Shown here: positions 1-7,987 of the stretch, one piece after another
Position numbering within the stretch: position 1 is the stretch's first letter
How the letters are laid out: every line of letters starts with the position of its first letter
Assembly (NCBI GenBank): GCA_963659105.1
Contig: CAVKTQ010000001.1
Location: 1 to 37,004, forward strand
Source: Firmicutes bacterium CAG:238
GTDB lineage: Bacteria > Bacillota > Clostridia > Christensenellales > CAG-917
DNA length: 37,004 nucleotides
Reading direction: 5' to 3'
Notes under the pieces: model-generated
Told to the model about the DNA's origin: nothing
Seen by the model: the letters and a program-made list of their open reading frames with translations, nothing else
Database searches by the model: none
Made by a program: the position numbers and the translations under genes

Positions 1-100
1 GTTTGGATATCATCGTGCAGAATTGCACGATATCATCACAAAGTGATATCATCGCCATAAGCGATATCATTCACTGCGTGAGGAAGGGGGAAGCTTTAAT
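1..100 (+). repeat. Family-1 hairpin-comb intergenic repeat, copy truncated by the window start
   Basis: GATATCAT at 6-13, 29-36, 45-52, 63-70. Stems ATCGTGCA/TGCACGAT (12-19/24-31), ATCAC/GTGAT (35-39/43-47), ATCGC/GCGAT (51-55/61-65). Tail CGTGAGGAAGGGGGAAGCTTTAAT at 77-100. Same module order as 5481-5587(-) and 13449-13556(+). Confidence 0.85.
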
Positions 101-107
101 TAATTGT

Positions 108-1601
108 TTATACTTTTGCGACATAAAGGTATGTCGGGAATTCTCTCTTTTCGCTCGATACGCTTACGCCGCTTTCATACATCAAAGTGAGATTTTTTAT
201 ATCTTCCTGACATACCGTTTCGCCTTTGACGATGACGGGCGAGCCGGGCGGATATGCCCATACGTTTTCAAGACTTACTCTGCCCGCCGATTTGTCGAAA
301 TCGACATATTCGCCGCTTAAAGTGCGCGTTTGATAGGGTTCAAACTCCTTTTGCGGCAATGACGGCAAAACCGTCGTCGTCAAACCGTTGCGAGAAACAA
401 GCGTATCGTCGATTGCAAAAAGCGCGCTTTCGAGAGCGGAAAAATTATCTTTGGTATCCCCTGCGCCGCTCATTGCGATTGCGTAGTTTACGCTTGCCAT
501 TTCCAGTTCAATATCGTATGCGTTCCGCAAAACCTTTTTGAGTTCCACACCGCTTATTGCGCCGCCCGTGCATAGCACGACAAATTTCGACTTGTCGTAG
601 GCAAAAACTCTCGAATCTTTTTTTGGTTGGAAAATCGCAAGTTTGTCGAGCCTTTCAAGCGACTTTTTGCACTCGTCGATGTTCTTGCTCCACTCTAAAA
701 GTAATTTTTCGCCGTCGTTTTTGAGCATTCTCACGCATCCGTCGATGGATGCCATAAGGACGTAGGATGGCGAACTTGATTGGAATATCGCAAGGTTGCG
801 GTCGAGTTCGGTTGTATCCACCCTGTCCGAGCAAACGCTCAAAAGCGCGGTTTGCGTGAGAGAGGGCAACGTCTTGTGCAAACTGTTCACCACTATGTCT
901 GCGCCGAGACTTCTTGCGCTTTCGCCGAACTTTTTGCAAAGTCCTATATGCGCGCCGTGCGCCTCGTCGACAAACAAAATCGCGCCGTTTTTGCGGCATA
1001 TATCCGCGATTGATTTTACGTCGCTGACAATACCCTCGTATGTGGGGGAAGTTATCACGACGAGTTTTATGTCGGGATTTTGCTCGAACGCTCTTTTTAC
1101 ATCACAAGGGAAAACCGAGCCGTAAAAGCCGTATTCCTCAAAATAGGACGGCATGACGTAGACGGGAATCAAGCCGAACACTTCAACCGCATTGTACACG
1201 GACTTGTGGCAGTTGCGAGCAATCAAAACCTTGTCGCCTGCGTTGCACACAGTGCGAATCGCAGCCAGCACACCTCCCGTACTGCCGTTCACCAAAAATC
1301 TTGCGTGCTTTACGCCGAACACCTCCGCCGCAAGTTTTTCGGATTGCAATAGGATTCCGTTTGCGTCGTTGAGATTGTCGAAGCCCTCTATTTCGGTTAT
1401 GTCGATTTTTTGCGCGCCGTTTAGAAAATCGAAATCCGCGCGCTTATGCCCCGGCATATGGAAAGGCAGGATTTTGTTTTTGTCGTGTTCGCAAAGCAAC
1501 TCGGCAAGGCTCGCCTCGTCGTGCTTTTTCGTATCGGAAGCGCAAAACTCTTTGCGAAATCCCGAAAATATACCTCTTTTTTCTGTCTTATCGTCTTTCA
1601 T
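108..1601 (-). CDS. PLP-dependent Orn/Lys/Arg decarboxylase family protein (SpeA/YaaO-like)
   Basis: 497-aa ORF with ATG at 1599-1601. LPFHMPGHKR motif and SLHKTLPSLTQ (PLP-lysine context) are typical of the OKR decarboxylase major domain. No Shine-Dalgarno; TATAAT lies 6 nt upstream of the ATG. Confidence 0.85.
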   Translation of the reverse strand: MKDDKTEKRGIFSGFRKEFCASDTKKHDEASLAELLCEHDKNKILPFHMPGHKRADFDFLNGAQKIDITEIEGFDNLNDANGILLQSEKLAAEVFGVKHARFLVNGSTGGVLAAIRTVCNAGDKVLIARNCHKSVYNAVEVFGLIPVYVMPSYFEEYGFYGSVFPCDVKRAFEQNPDIKLVVITSPTYEGIVSDVKSIADICRKNGAILFVDEAHGAHIGLCKKFGESARSLGADIVVNSLHKTLPSLTQTALLSVCSDRVDTTELDRNLAIFQSSSPSYVLMASIDGCVRMLKNDGEKLLLEWSKNIDECKKSLERLDKLAIFQPKKDSRVFAYDKSKFVVLCTGGAISGVELKKVLRNAYDIELEMASVNYAIAMSGAGDTKDNFSALESALFAIDDTLVSRNGLTTTVLPSLPQKEFEPYQTRTLSGEYVDFDKSAGRVSLENVWAYPPGSPVIVKGETVCQEDIKNLTLMYESGVSVSSEKREFPTYLYVAKV

Positions 1602-1656
1602 AATTCGATTATATCATCATAGATAAAAAATTGCTATGGAAATTATTTTATATATA

Positions 1657-1665
1657 TGCTATAAT
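1657..1665 (+). promoter_or_regulatory. Possible extended -10 promoter (TGCTATAAT) for the hydrolase gene
   Basis: TGnTATAAT at 1657-1665, about 55 nt upstream of ATG 1720. No good -35 at 17-nt spacing (TTGCTA at 1631-1636 is 23 nt away). Confidence 0.3.
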
Positions 1666-1719
1666 GTGTGCGTTTGAAGAAAACGCAAACGCTTTGCAAA
1701 ACGGCGCAACGAGGTCGGT

Positions 1720-2578
1720 ATGAAACGAAAATTTACAATCCTGTCCGCAATATTGGTTGTAGCACTGACGGCGTGCTGTCTTTTTGCGTGCAACGATGAG
1801 GGCGATTTGCCTGCAAAAGTCGATTATCAATCGGACAATTCGTTTTTTGTCAAGACCACCGATTCCGAAACATCCCTCACGTTCGAGCCTATTCCCCGTG
1901 TACAGCGAAAGCGGATTGACCTACAAAAAAGTCGATTATCGCTTCGGCGTAGTCTTTTACGTCGGCACGGCAATCGAGCCTAAATATTACGAATATCTCG
2001 GCAACGCGCTCGCAAAGCAAGGTTATCTCGTCGTTATGCCCAAAGTTACGCTCAATATGACATACGCCTACTACAAGGCGCAAGAGGAAGCGTTTTCGAC
2101 ATATCCGAACGTAAAATTCTTTGTCGCGGGTCACTCGCAAGGAGGCGGAGCGGCGGTGCGCAGAGCAAGTGAGAATGCCGATACCGTCGCAGGCGCGATA
2201 CTGCTTTCGCCGCTTTGTTACAGGCACAAACTTCTCGACGCAAACGGCAATCCCGTCAAAGACGAGGAAAGCGGCGTTGACAAATACATAGTCGACAACC
2301 TCAAAGACGTTGACGTCGCAACTTTGCTCATCGAAGCGGAGCAAGACCGCTTTTTGACCGATGAGATGAAATTAGACGCAAGGTCGAGGCTCAAAGAGGG
2401 TTATGCCCACAAAGTCATATCCCCTGCCGCTCATATGAGTTTCAGCACTATGGACAGCGACGAAATTCTCAAATCTTTCAACGGCGACGGCGACGGCATA
2501 ACCGAAGCGCAAAAGCAATCCCAACGCAACAAAACGGTCGAATATATCCTCGATTTTGTGAAAAATTTGTCAAAATAA
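1720..2578 (+). pseudogene. Lipoprotein alpha/beta-hydrolase (GHSQGG nucleophile elbow) split by a 1-nt frameshift in a C4 run
   Basis: SD GAGG + ATG 1720 opens a signal peptide with lipobox (MKRKFTILSAILVVALTACCLFAC) in frame 1, which stops at 1981-1983. The hydrolase body (VFYVGTAIEP..., FFVAGHSQGGGAA, AAHMSF) is in frame 2 to 2578. Frames join if one C of CCCC 1894-1897 is removed (..TFEPIPVYSESGLTYKK..). Confidence 0.65.
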
Positions 2579-2610
2579 AACGCTAAAAAAAAACGATATA
2601 AAGCGTAAAA

Positions 2611-2634
2611 AAGACGCAAACTGCGTCTTTTTTG
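2611..2634 (+). terminator. Rho-independent terminator, probably bidirectional
   Basis: AAGACGCA (2611-2618) / TGCGTCTT (2622-2629), loop AAC, followed by a T-run and preceded by an A-run. Confidence 0.75.
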
Positions 2635-2652
2635 TTTGTTGTTTTATGTTGT

Positions 2653-2719
2653 GAGTTTCGATTTCGGGTGTGGCAACGCCCACCCGCAATTATCAATTAT
2701 TCATTATTAATTATTAATT
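2653..2719 (+). repeat. Family-2 repeat: GC hairpin + AT-rich AATTATCAATTATTCATTATTAATTATTAATT tract
   Basis: GAGTTTCGATTTCGGGTGTGGCAACGCCCACCCGC followed by the AT tract 2688-2719. Near-identical tracts at 9834-9865 and 31947-31978, inverted at 31417-31445. Confidence 0.85.
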
Positions 2720-2725
2720 TCACCG

Positions 2726-4300
2726 TCAACGATCCACTCTCACGACGTCGATTCCCGTATCTCGCACATACGCTTCGTTGAGCAAAGAGTTCGGAACGCC
2801 GTCGATTTCGCTTTCGCTTCTCTGCGCGTTGGCAAGTTGCGCGATGTAGGACATAACCGCAACCAACATCATATTCGGGAAAGGAATCATCGTGCCGGTG
2901 TCTATCATCGAATAGCCCTCGAATCCGAGCCAAGCGACAAACACGAAAAAGGCAAATTTGCAATTCTTTTTCATACCCTTAAACACGATTCCGAAGCGGA
3001 CGATATAGTAATAGACATAAGCGGCGATACCGACGATGCCCATACAGCCGAGCACTTGGAAAAACGTCGAGTGGAACCAGTACTGGCTCATATTTTCCGA
3101 GTGGAACTGACCGTCGCAAGTGCCGATAAAGCCCATACCTGCGCCGAAAATCGGATGCGCAACGAACTGTTCCCACGCCTCTTTATAGAGGTCGAATCTG
3201 CCCGACGTCAAGTCACCGTTTCCGCCTGTTTCGATTCTGTCCGCAAGGCTTGAAATAATGCCCTTAACAAGGTCGTGTTTGACAAGGCAAATAACAAGCG
3301 CGGCGAGGATTGCAACGCCCCATACCGACGCTTGCATTTTGCGATTTGGCGCTTTCCAAACGGAAAAAACAACGCCGACAACCGCCGCAATCGCGCCGAA
3401 AAGTATTCCGCCTCTCGACAAAGTCATGACGAGGCAGGCATATTGAAACAATGCCATAGCGATATACGCAAAGCCTCTTCTCGTCCTTGTGGACAAATAC
3501 ATCGCCATAGGTGCGGAAAAGAGCAGGAATGTTGCGATATTGTTGCGATTGCCCCAGCCTAAATCCCAATACCATTTCGACCAGTCTTGCGAACCGATGT
3601 CAAGACGGGATATATGCACGATCATCTCTATGCAGACGGCAAAGCCTATCCACATAACGACCTTTGCAAAATACTTTGCATAGTCTCTTTTTTCGTCGAT
3701 TTTGACAAAGTTTACAAAGAGCAGATATACGGCAAGCACGCCTATGCCGAGCGCAATGACGGTGGGAAGCGCAGTGAGATAATTCTTTGCCGCGATAGTC
3801 CCCACGCCGCCGAGCAAGAGCGCGGCGCTGACAGCGATTTGCGGAAAAAACATTTTCCCGAGCATAAAACGCTGCTTGTCTTTGACTTTTGCAACGGTGT
3901 TTCTGACCACAAAAATCAAAATTGAAACGGCAAGCGGAATGAATGTCGGCCAAAGATAAACAAATCTGCTTACGTCGATGTATTGTTCGCCTTCAACTTT
4001 GAAAATCATAAGCATCGCGCCGAAAGCGTTGACCGAAAGCGGCAAAATGTCGTCCGAGAACACCAAAACGGCGCACGACACGAGGATGAGCGTGACAAAA
4101 CCAAACGTTGCGTTTTGCCAAATCCACGCCGCCACGACTATTGCAAGAACAAGCAAAATATACCAATCGGTATACGCAAACTTGCGTATACCATCTTGCG
4201 TAAACAAAAATGCTCGTTTAAGTTTTTTTGAATCTTCTTTCATCAAATATTTGTGCGCAAAGAGCGAATTCAAACTCCGTATCGCACCGCCGAAAGGCAT
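2726..4300 (-). CDS. Polytopic membrane protein with O-antigen ligase/Wzy_C-like domain
   Basis: 524-aa ORF with ATG at 4298-4300 preceded by AAAGGAA. Many hydrophobic helices. The MTLSRGGILFGAIAA segment resembles the Wzy_C (O-antigen ligase) signature loop. Confidence 0.7.
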   Translation of the reverse strand: MPFGGAIRSLNSLFAHKYLMKEDSKKLKRAFLFTQDGIRKFAYTDWYILLVLAIVVAAWIWQNATFGFVTLILVSCAVLVFSDDILPLSVNAFGAMLMIFKVEGEQYIDVSRFVYLWPTFIPLAVSILIFVVRNTVAKVKDKQRFMLGKMFFPQIAVSAALLLGGVGTIAAKNYLTALPTVIALGIGVLAVYLLFVNFVKIDEKRDYAKYFAKVVMWIGFAVCIEMIVHISRLDIGSQDWSKWYWDLGWGNRNNIATFLLFSAPMAMYLSTRTRRGFAYIAMALFQYACLVMTLSRGGILFGAIAAVVGVVFSVWKAPNRKMQASVWGVAILAALVICLVKHDLVKGIISSLADRIETGGNGDLTSGRFDLYKEAWEQFVAHPIFGAGMGFIGTCDGQFHSENMSQYWFHSTFFQVLGCMGIVGIAAYVYYYIVRFGIVFKGMKKNCKFAFFVFVAWLGFEGYSMIDTGTMIPFPNMMLVAVMSYIAQLANAQRSESEIDGVPNSLLNEAYVRDTGIDVVRVDR

Positions 4301-4412
4301 TTCCTTTTATTTTTTTACAAAAACCGCAGTTTTGCAAATTTTGCGTATTAGGCAAATATAATTGCCAAAATGCAACGACAGCGAACGATATTCACCGTTC
4401 GCCGCTCGCTTG

Positions 4413-5390
4413 TCAGTCGATATTTATGACGATTTTGCTGTATTGATAGGGGTATTTGACGCAGTTTTCGACAACTTGCGGCACTTCCTCGAAGTTTGCC
4501 GCCGCGCTGATGATTCCGTCCGTCTTGACAACCTTGTTGGCAAGCAGGTTGATTGCCGACGACATACAGCCGTCGCCGTTGCATATACCCTTGATTTTGA
4601 GTTGCTTTTTGAGAATGGGATATGCGTCGATTGCGTGTTTTGCGCGCGTTGCGTAGCCTGCGATAACGACGTCGCCTTCGTTTTTTACAAGACGAATCGC
4701 CGAATTGATGTCCACGCTTTCGCCTGCGAAAATCGCCGCTTCGCTCATTCTGCCGCCCGTGATTTCTTCCACTCTGCGTTCGAGGTTGTCGTAGGTGGGA
4801 TTGAGAGTATAGCACACGCCCCATTTTTGAGCAAGGGCGAGTTTTTCGGAATCGAGGTCGATGAGAATGGGCACGAACTGATAATAACTTGCGATTTGCG
4901 AAATTATAAGCCCGAGCGTACTTGCGCCCAACACCACGATATAATCGCCTTTTTCGAGGTCGAGAGCCTCAAAAACGTTGTCGCCCATCGCGATGTACTC
5001 GGCAAAGAGCGCTTCTTCGTCGCTTACGCCGTCGGGAAGAGCGAACACGTTTTCGTACGGAACGCATACGAAATCTCTAAGCAAGCCGTCGATGTCCACG
5101 CCCATGGTTTTGACCACTTCCACGCCGTGCTGCCTATCTTTGACGTAGGGGCTGACAACCACTCGCGCGCCGAGTTTCAGACCGCTGTCCTCGTCGGATT
5201 CCGAAACATAAGCGACCGCCGAGTGACCGGGGGTAACCGCAACGTTTTTCGAGAGCGCGGCAAAACTTGACATATCCTGTGAGGATACGGCGACTTTGGA
5301 CAATTTGAGTTTGACTTGTCCTTCTTCTCTGGCGTTTGCGTTCTCGACAAGAACGACGCCTTCATCTTTGTTTATATGCCATTGTTTCAT
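4413..5390 (-). CDS. Medium-chain dehydrogenase/reductase (alcohol/polyol dehydrogenase-like) lacking the usual zinc ligands
   Basis: 325 aa. GroES-like N-terminus, Rossmann segment DYIVVLGASTLGLIISQIA. PGHSAV replaces the GHE motif and no structural-zinc Cys cluster is present. Confidence 0.75.
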   Translation of the reverse strand: MKQWHINKDEGVVLVENANAREEGQVKLKLSKVAVSSQDMSSFAALSKNVAVTPGHSAVAYVSESDEDSGLKLGARVVVSPYVKDRQHGVEVVKTMGVDIDGLLRDFVCVPYENVFALPDGVSDEEALFAEYIAMGDNVFEALDLEKGDYIVVLGASTLGLIISQIASYYQFVPILIDLDSEKLALAQKWGVCYTLNPTYDNLERRVEEITGGRMSEAAIFAGESVDINSAIRLVKNEGDVVIAGYATRAKHAIDAYPILKKQLKIKGICNGDGCMSSAINLLANKVVKTDGIISAAANFEEVPQVVENCVKYPYQYSKIVINID

Positions 5391-5400
5391 AACTTATATT

Positions 5401-5429
5401 ATTGTAACATATCACTCGTTTTATTGCAA
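5401..5429 (-). promoter_or_regulatory. Sigma-A-type promoter of the MDR gene, giving a near-leaderless mRNA
   Basis: On the minus strand: TTGCAA (5424-5429), 17 nt, TACAAT (5401-5406), then only 10 nt (AATATAAGTT, no SD) to ATG 5390. Confidence 0.45.
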
Positions 5430-5480
5430 TGCAAATAATCTAATCTTCCGTCTTCTACAAAAGTGTAGTGCGTGTACTCT

Positions 5481-5587
5481 AAATAAAACTTCCCCATTCT
5501 CACCTAAATGATATCGCCTATGGCGATGATATCACGTTGTGATGATATCGTGCAACCCTGCACGATGATATCCAAACTTCGTTTGGG
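5481..5587 (-). repeat. Family-1 hairpin-comb repeat, complete copy in inverted orientation
   Basis: The reverse complement reads CCCAAACGAAGTTTGGATATCATCGTGCAgggtTGCACGATATCATCACaacGTGATATCATCGCCataGGCGATATCATTTAGGTGAGAATGGGGAAGTTTTATTT. Confidence 0.9.
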
Positions 5588-5613
5588 TTAAGGAATATTC
5601 AAATCTTCCGCAA

Positions 5614-5712
5614 CCCACACGCAGTGTGGATATCATCCGATTTATGTGAGGATTTCAACCGAGTTGTGCGAGGATATCATCCACGCAGTGGATATCATTG
5701 TGCCAACGGCAC
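5614..5712 (+). repeat. Divergent family-1-like hairpin array (different stems, same GATATCAT linkers)
   Basis: CCACAC-gca-GTGTGG (5615-5629), GATATCATC, 35-nt insert, GATATCATC, CCAC-gca-GTGG (5681-5691), ATATCATT, GTGCC-aac-GGCAC (5700-5712). Confidence 0.75.
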
Positions 5713-5800
5713 TCTGCCTTGCGGCTACAATTCCGTCTTCGAAATTGCAAATACCGTTAATAAGTACGCCTTGAATGAGTTTTTGCAATTCGCTTGCGCT

Positions 5801-7273
5801 TTATTTAGCAAGAACCCTAACATAGCCGTTGCGACCGTCGGGTTTTTCTTGCGAAATCGACCACTTTTCACGCGCAAGATCGTCGTCGACAAAGAAGTAG
5901 ATATGCTTGTCTTTCCACATAGTTTCTATGCGACGATTCATAATTCCGCTTTCAAACACCATATCGAACACGTCCTTATGCGCGCCGACGTACACCGTGT
6001 CGCACTTATGCTCGATGATGAAGTCAACAAGGTCGTCTCGGAGCATAAACGCAAGTTGAGCGTCGCTGATGACAAAACCGCCGGCGCAGTCCTTGCACGG
6101 TTGAAGCATAAATTCGTCAAGCGGCAATCGCGTCTTTTTTCTTGTGAGTTCGACAAGTCCGAGCGCTGTGAAGCCGACGGTGGATGTTTTCATTCTGTCG
6201 CGTTTCAACGCCTCTTTGAGAGTTTCGAGAACGCGTTGACGATGTTCTTCCATCGTCATATCGATAAAGTCGATAATGACGATTCCGCTTATATTTCGTA
6301 TGCGCAGTTGCAAGGCGATACATTCCGCCGCCGCGAGGTTTGTTTTGAAAACGGTATCTTCGAGGTGGCTCGTTCCCACAAACTTGCCCGTGTTTACGTC
6401 AATGACTGTCAACGCTTCCGTCTTGTCGATGACCAGATATGCGCCGTTTGACATAACGACTTTTCTGTCGCAAAGGTGGTTGATTTGCTCCGAAACGCCA
6501 TAGCGTTTCATTATGTTGCGCTCGCCTTCGTAAAGCAGCACGGGTTTTCCGATATTGCCGTCGAGTTTTTGTTGAATCTGTTTGTCGTTCACCACCACTT
6601 CGTCTACGTCCTCGTGCATGGTTTCGCGCACGGCGCGTTCAAACAAACTCGCTTCTTCAAAGACCAACGTCGACGCCTTTGCGTTTGCAAAGTCTTTGCG
6701 GATTTGTTCCCAACGCTCTTTGAGGGTTTCCATCTCGTTTGCCAAATCCTCGTCGCTCGCTTTTTTTGCGGCGGTGCGGATGATAAAGCCCATACCCTCG
6801 GGACAAATCGACGAAACGTACTGTTCGAGATAATCGCGTCTTTTGCCGTCCTCGATTTTTCTCGACACGCCGACAAACGTCGACAGAGGAATCAACACGA
6901 GGAAGTATCCCGGGATCGTCACGTCCGTCGTGAGCCTTGCGCCCTTTTGGCCGAAAGGTTCTTTGACCGCTTGGCACATAATCACGTCGCCCTGCGACAC
7001 GTTGAACAACTTGCCTTTGGGCATATCGCCGCCCTCGAGCCCTCTGCTGTCAACGAGCGAGTCGCCTGTGTACAAAAAGCCGTTGCGTTCCTCGCCGATA
7101 TTGACGAAAGCCGCCTGCATACCGCATATGACGTTTTCGACCTTGCCCTTGTAGATGTTGCCTACGATACCTCTGAACTGTGCGCGCTCGACGGAAAAGT
7201 CCTCTAATTTTCCGTTTTCGACTATAGCCGCGCGCGTACAATACGGCGTGTAGTCGAGGATGAGTTGTTTCAT
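5801..7273 (-). CDS. rng: Ribonuclease G (RNase E/G family)
   Basis: 490 aa. S1-domain N-terminus (GNIYKGKVENVICGMQAAFVNIG) and catalytic core motifs (VIDVNTGKFVG, IIDFIDM). Confidence 0.9.
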   Translation of the reverse strand: MKQLILDYTPYCTRAAIVENGKLEDFSVERAQFRGIVGNIYKGKVENVICGMQAAFVNIGEERNGFLYTGDSLVDSRGLEGGDMPKGKLFNVSQGDVIMCQAVKEPFGQKGARLTTDVTIPGYFLVLIPLSTFVGVSRKIEDGKRRDYLEQYVSSICPEGMGFIIRTAAKKASDEDLANEMETLKERWEQIRKDFANAKASTLVFEEASLFERAVRETMHEDVDEVVVNDKQIQQKLDGNIGKPVLLYEGERNIMKRYGVSEQINHLCDRKVVMSNGAYLVIDKTEALTVIDVNTGKFVGTSHLEDTVFKTNLAAAECIALQLRIRNISGIVIIDFIDMTMEEHRQRVLETLKEALKRDRMKTSTVGFTALGLVELTRKKTRLPLDEFMLQPCKDCAGGFVISDAQLAFMLRDDLVDFIIEHKCDTVYVGAHKDVFDMVFESGIMNRRIETMWKDKHIYFFVDDDLAREKWSISQEKPDGRNGYVRVLAK

Positions 7274-7357
7274 TGCTATATATTCCTAAAAAATGTGATC
7301 TTTTCAGAGCGCAAAAACGCAAAAACGAACTATGCCCGAATTTGACAAGTCCGTTTC

Positions 7358-7987
7358 TTATTTTTGCAAATATTCGTCCACGTCGACGAGTTTGCCGTCA
7401 AAATCGACGTATTGCGCGATTTTTTCTATATCGCAGAGTTTCAAGTCCGCACCGAGTGCGGAATTGAGTTTTTCGAGGATTCTGTCGGGGCGAAGGTTGA
7501 CGCTTCCCGACGCAAGACGAGCGACCAACTTACCGTCTTTTTCGAAGAACGAATATATCTTGTCCGCAACGTTTTCGGTGACGATTTCGCCTTTCTTTTG
7601 ATAACTTATCTCGAATTTGCCGTCAACGTCGATAGGTTTGTACGGCGTGTCGAACGCAAAGTCCGCGCACACGACTTTCGCTTGCAGATTGGGATTCTTT
7701 TCGGATACGAAAACCTTGCTTGCTTTGAGGTCGTCGGGCACTGAGGCGTTGAACTTTTCAAGCACTTCTTCCTTTTGCATATCGCAATCGAGCGTAAGAT
7801 ATTCCGCCCTCGACGAAACGCCCAGAGAAAGCGGCGGCGAAAAATACATCAACGGATGCGGATTGAACCCTTGCGAATAGTTCACCACGATTTTACCTCT
7901 GCGAATAATCCTGTCCATATGCCTCAAAAGGTCGATGTGGGATATGAAGCATAGGCTGCCCGTTTTTTGGTATTTTAGCACTATCAT
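7358..7987 (-). CDS. Radical-SAM-linked protein, TIGR03936/DUF2344 family
   Basis: ISHIDLLRHMDRIIRRG and SQGFNPHP motifs. ATG at 7985-7987 overlaps the upstream stop as ATGA. The longer ORF to 8020 is probably an over-extension. Confidence 0.85.
   Translation of the reverse strand: MIVLKYQKTGSLCFISHIDLLRHMDRIIRRGKIVVNYSQGFNPHPLMYFSPPLSLGVSSRAEYLTLDCDMQKEEVLEKFNASVPDDLKASKVFVSEKNPNLQAKVVCADFAFDTPYKPIDVDGKFEISYQKKGEIVTENVADKIYSFFEKDGKLVARLASGSVNLRPDRILEKLNSALGADLKLCDIEKIAQYVDFDGKLVDVDEYLQK

Noticed and set aside
1-100. CRISPR array interpretation of the regularly spaced GATATCAT repeats.
   Set aside because: The repeat unit is only 8-9 nt, with 7-15-nt intervals that pair with each other as hairpin arms. 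The whole ~100-nt block recurs as a unit at other loci. No cas genes or leader are present.
5624-5632. DnaA-box cluster / replication origin. TGTGGATAT at 5624-5632 is an 8/9 match to TGTGGATAA. Weaker GTGGATAT / TTGGATAT strings occur in other linkers. There is also a minus-to-plus gene-orientation switch near 26.9 kb.
   Set aside because: There is only one near-consensus box. The similarity follows from the GGATATCAT linker. No dnaA/dnaN, AT-rich unwinding element or box cluster lies at the strand switch (26864-26994).
5624-6451. A 275-aa plus-strand ORF that starts in the repeat region and runs antisense into rng.
   Set aside because: It begins inside the hairpin array at a non-ATG codon, has no SD, and is otherwise the mirror of the well-supported RNase G gene.
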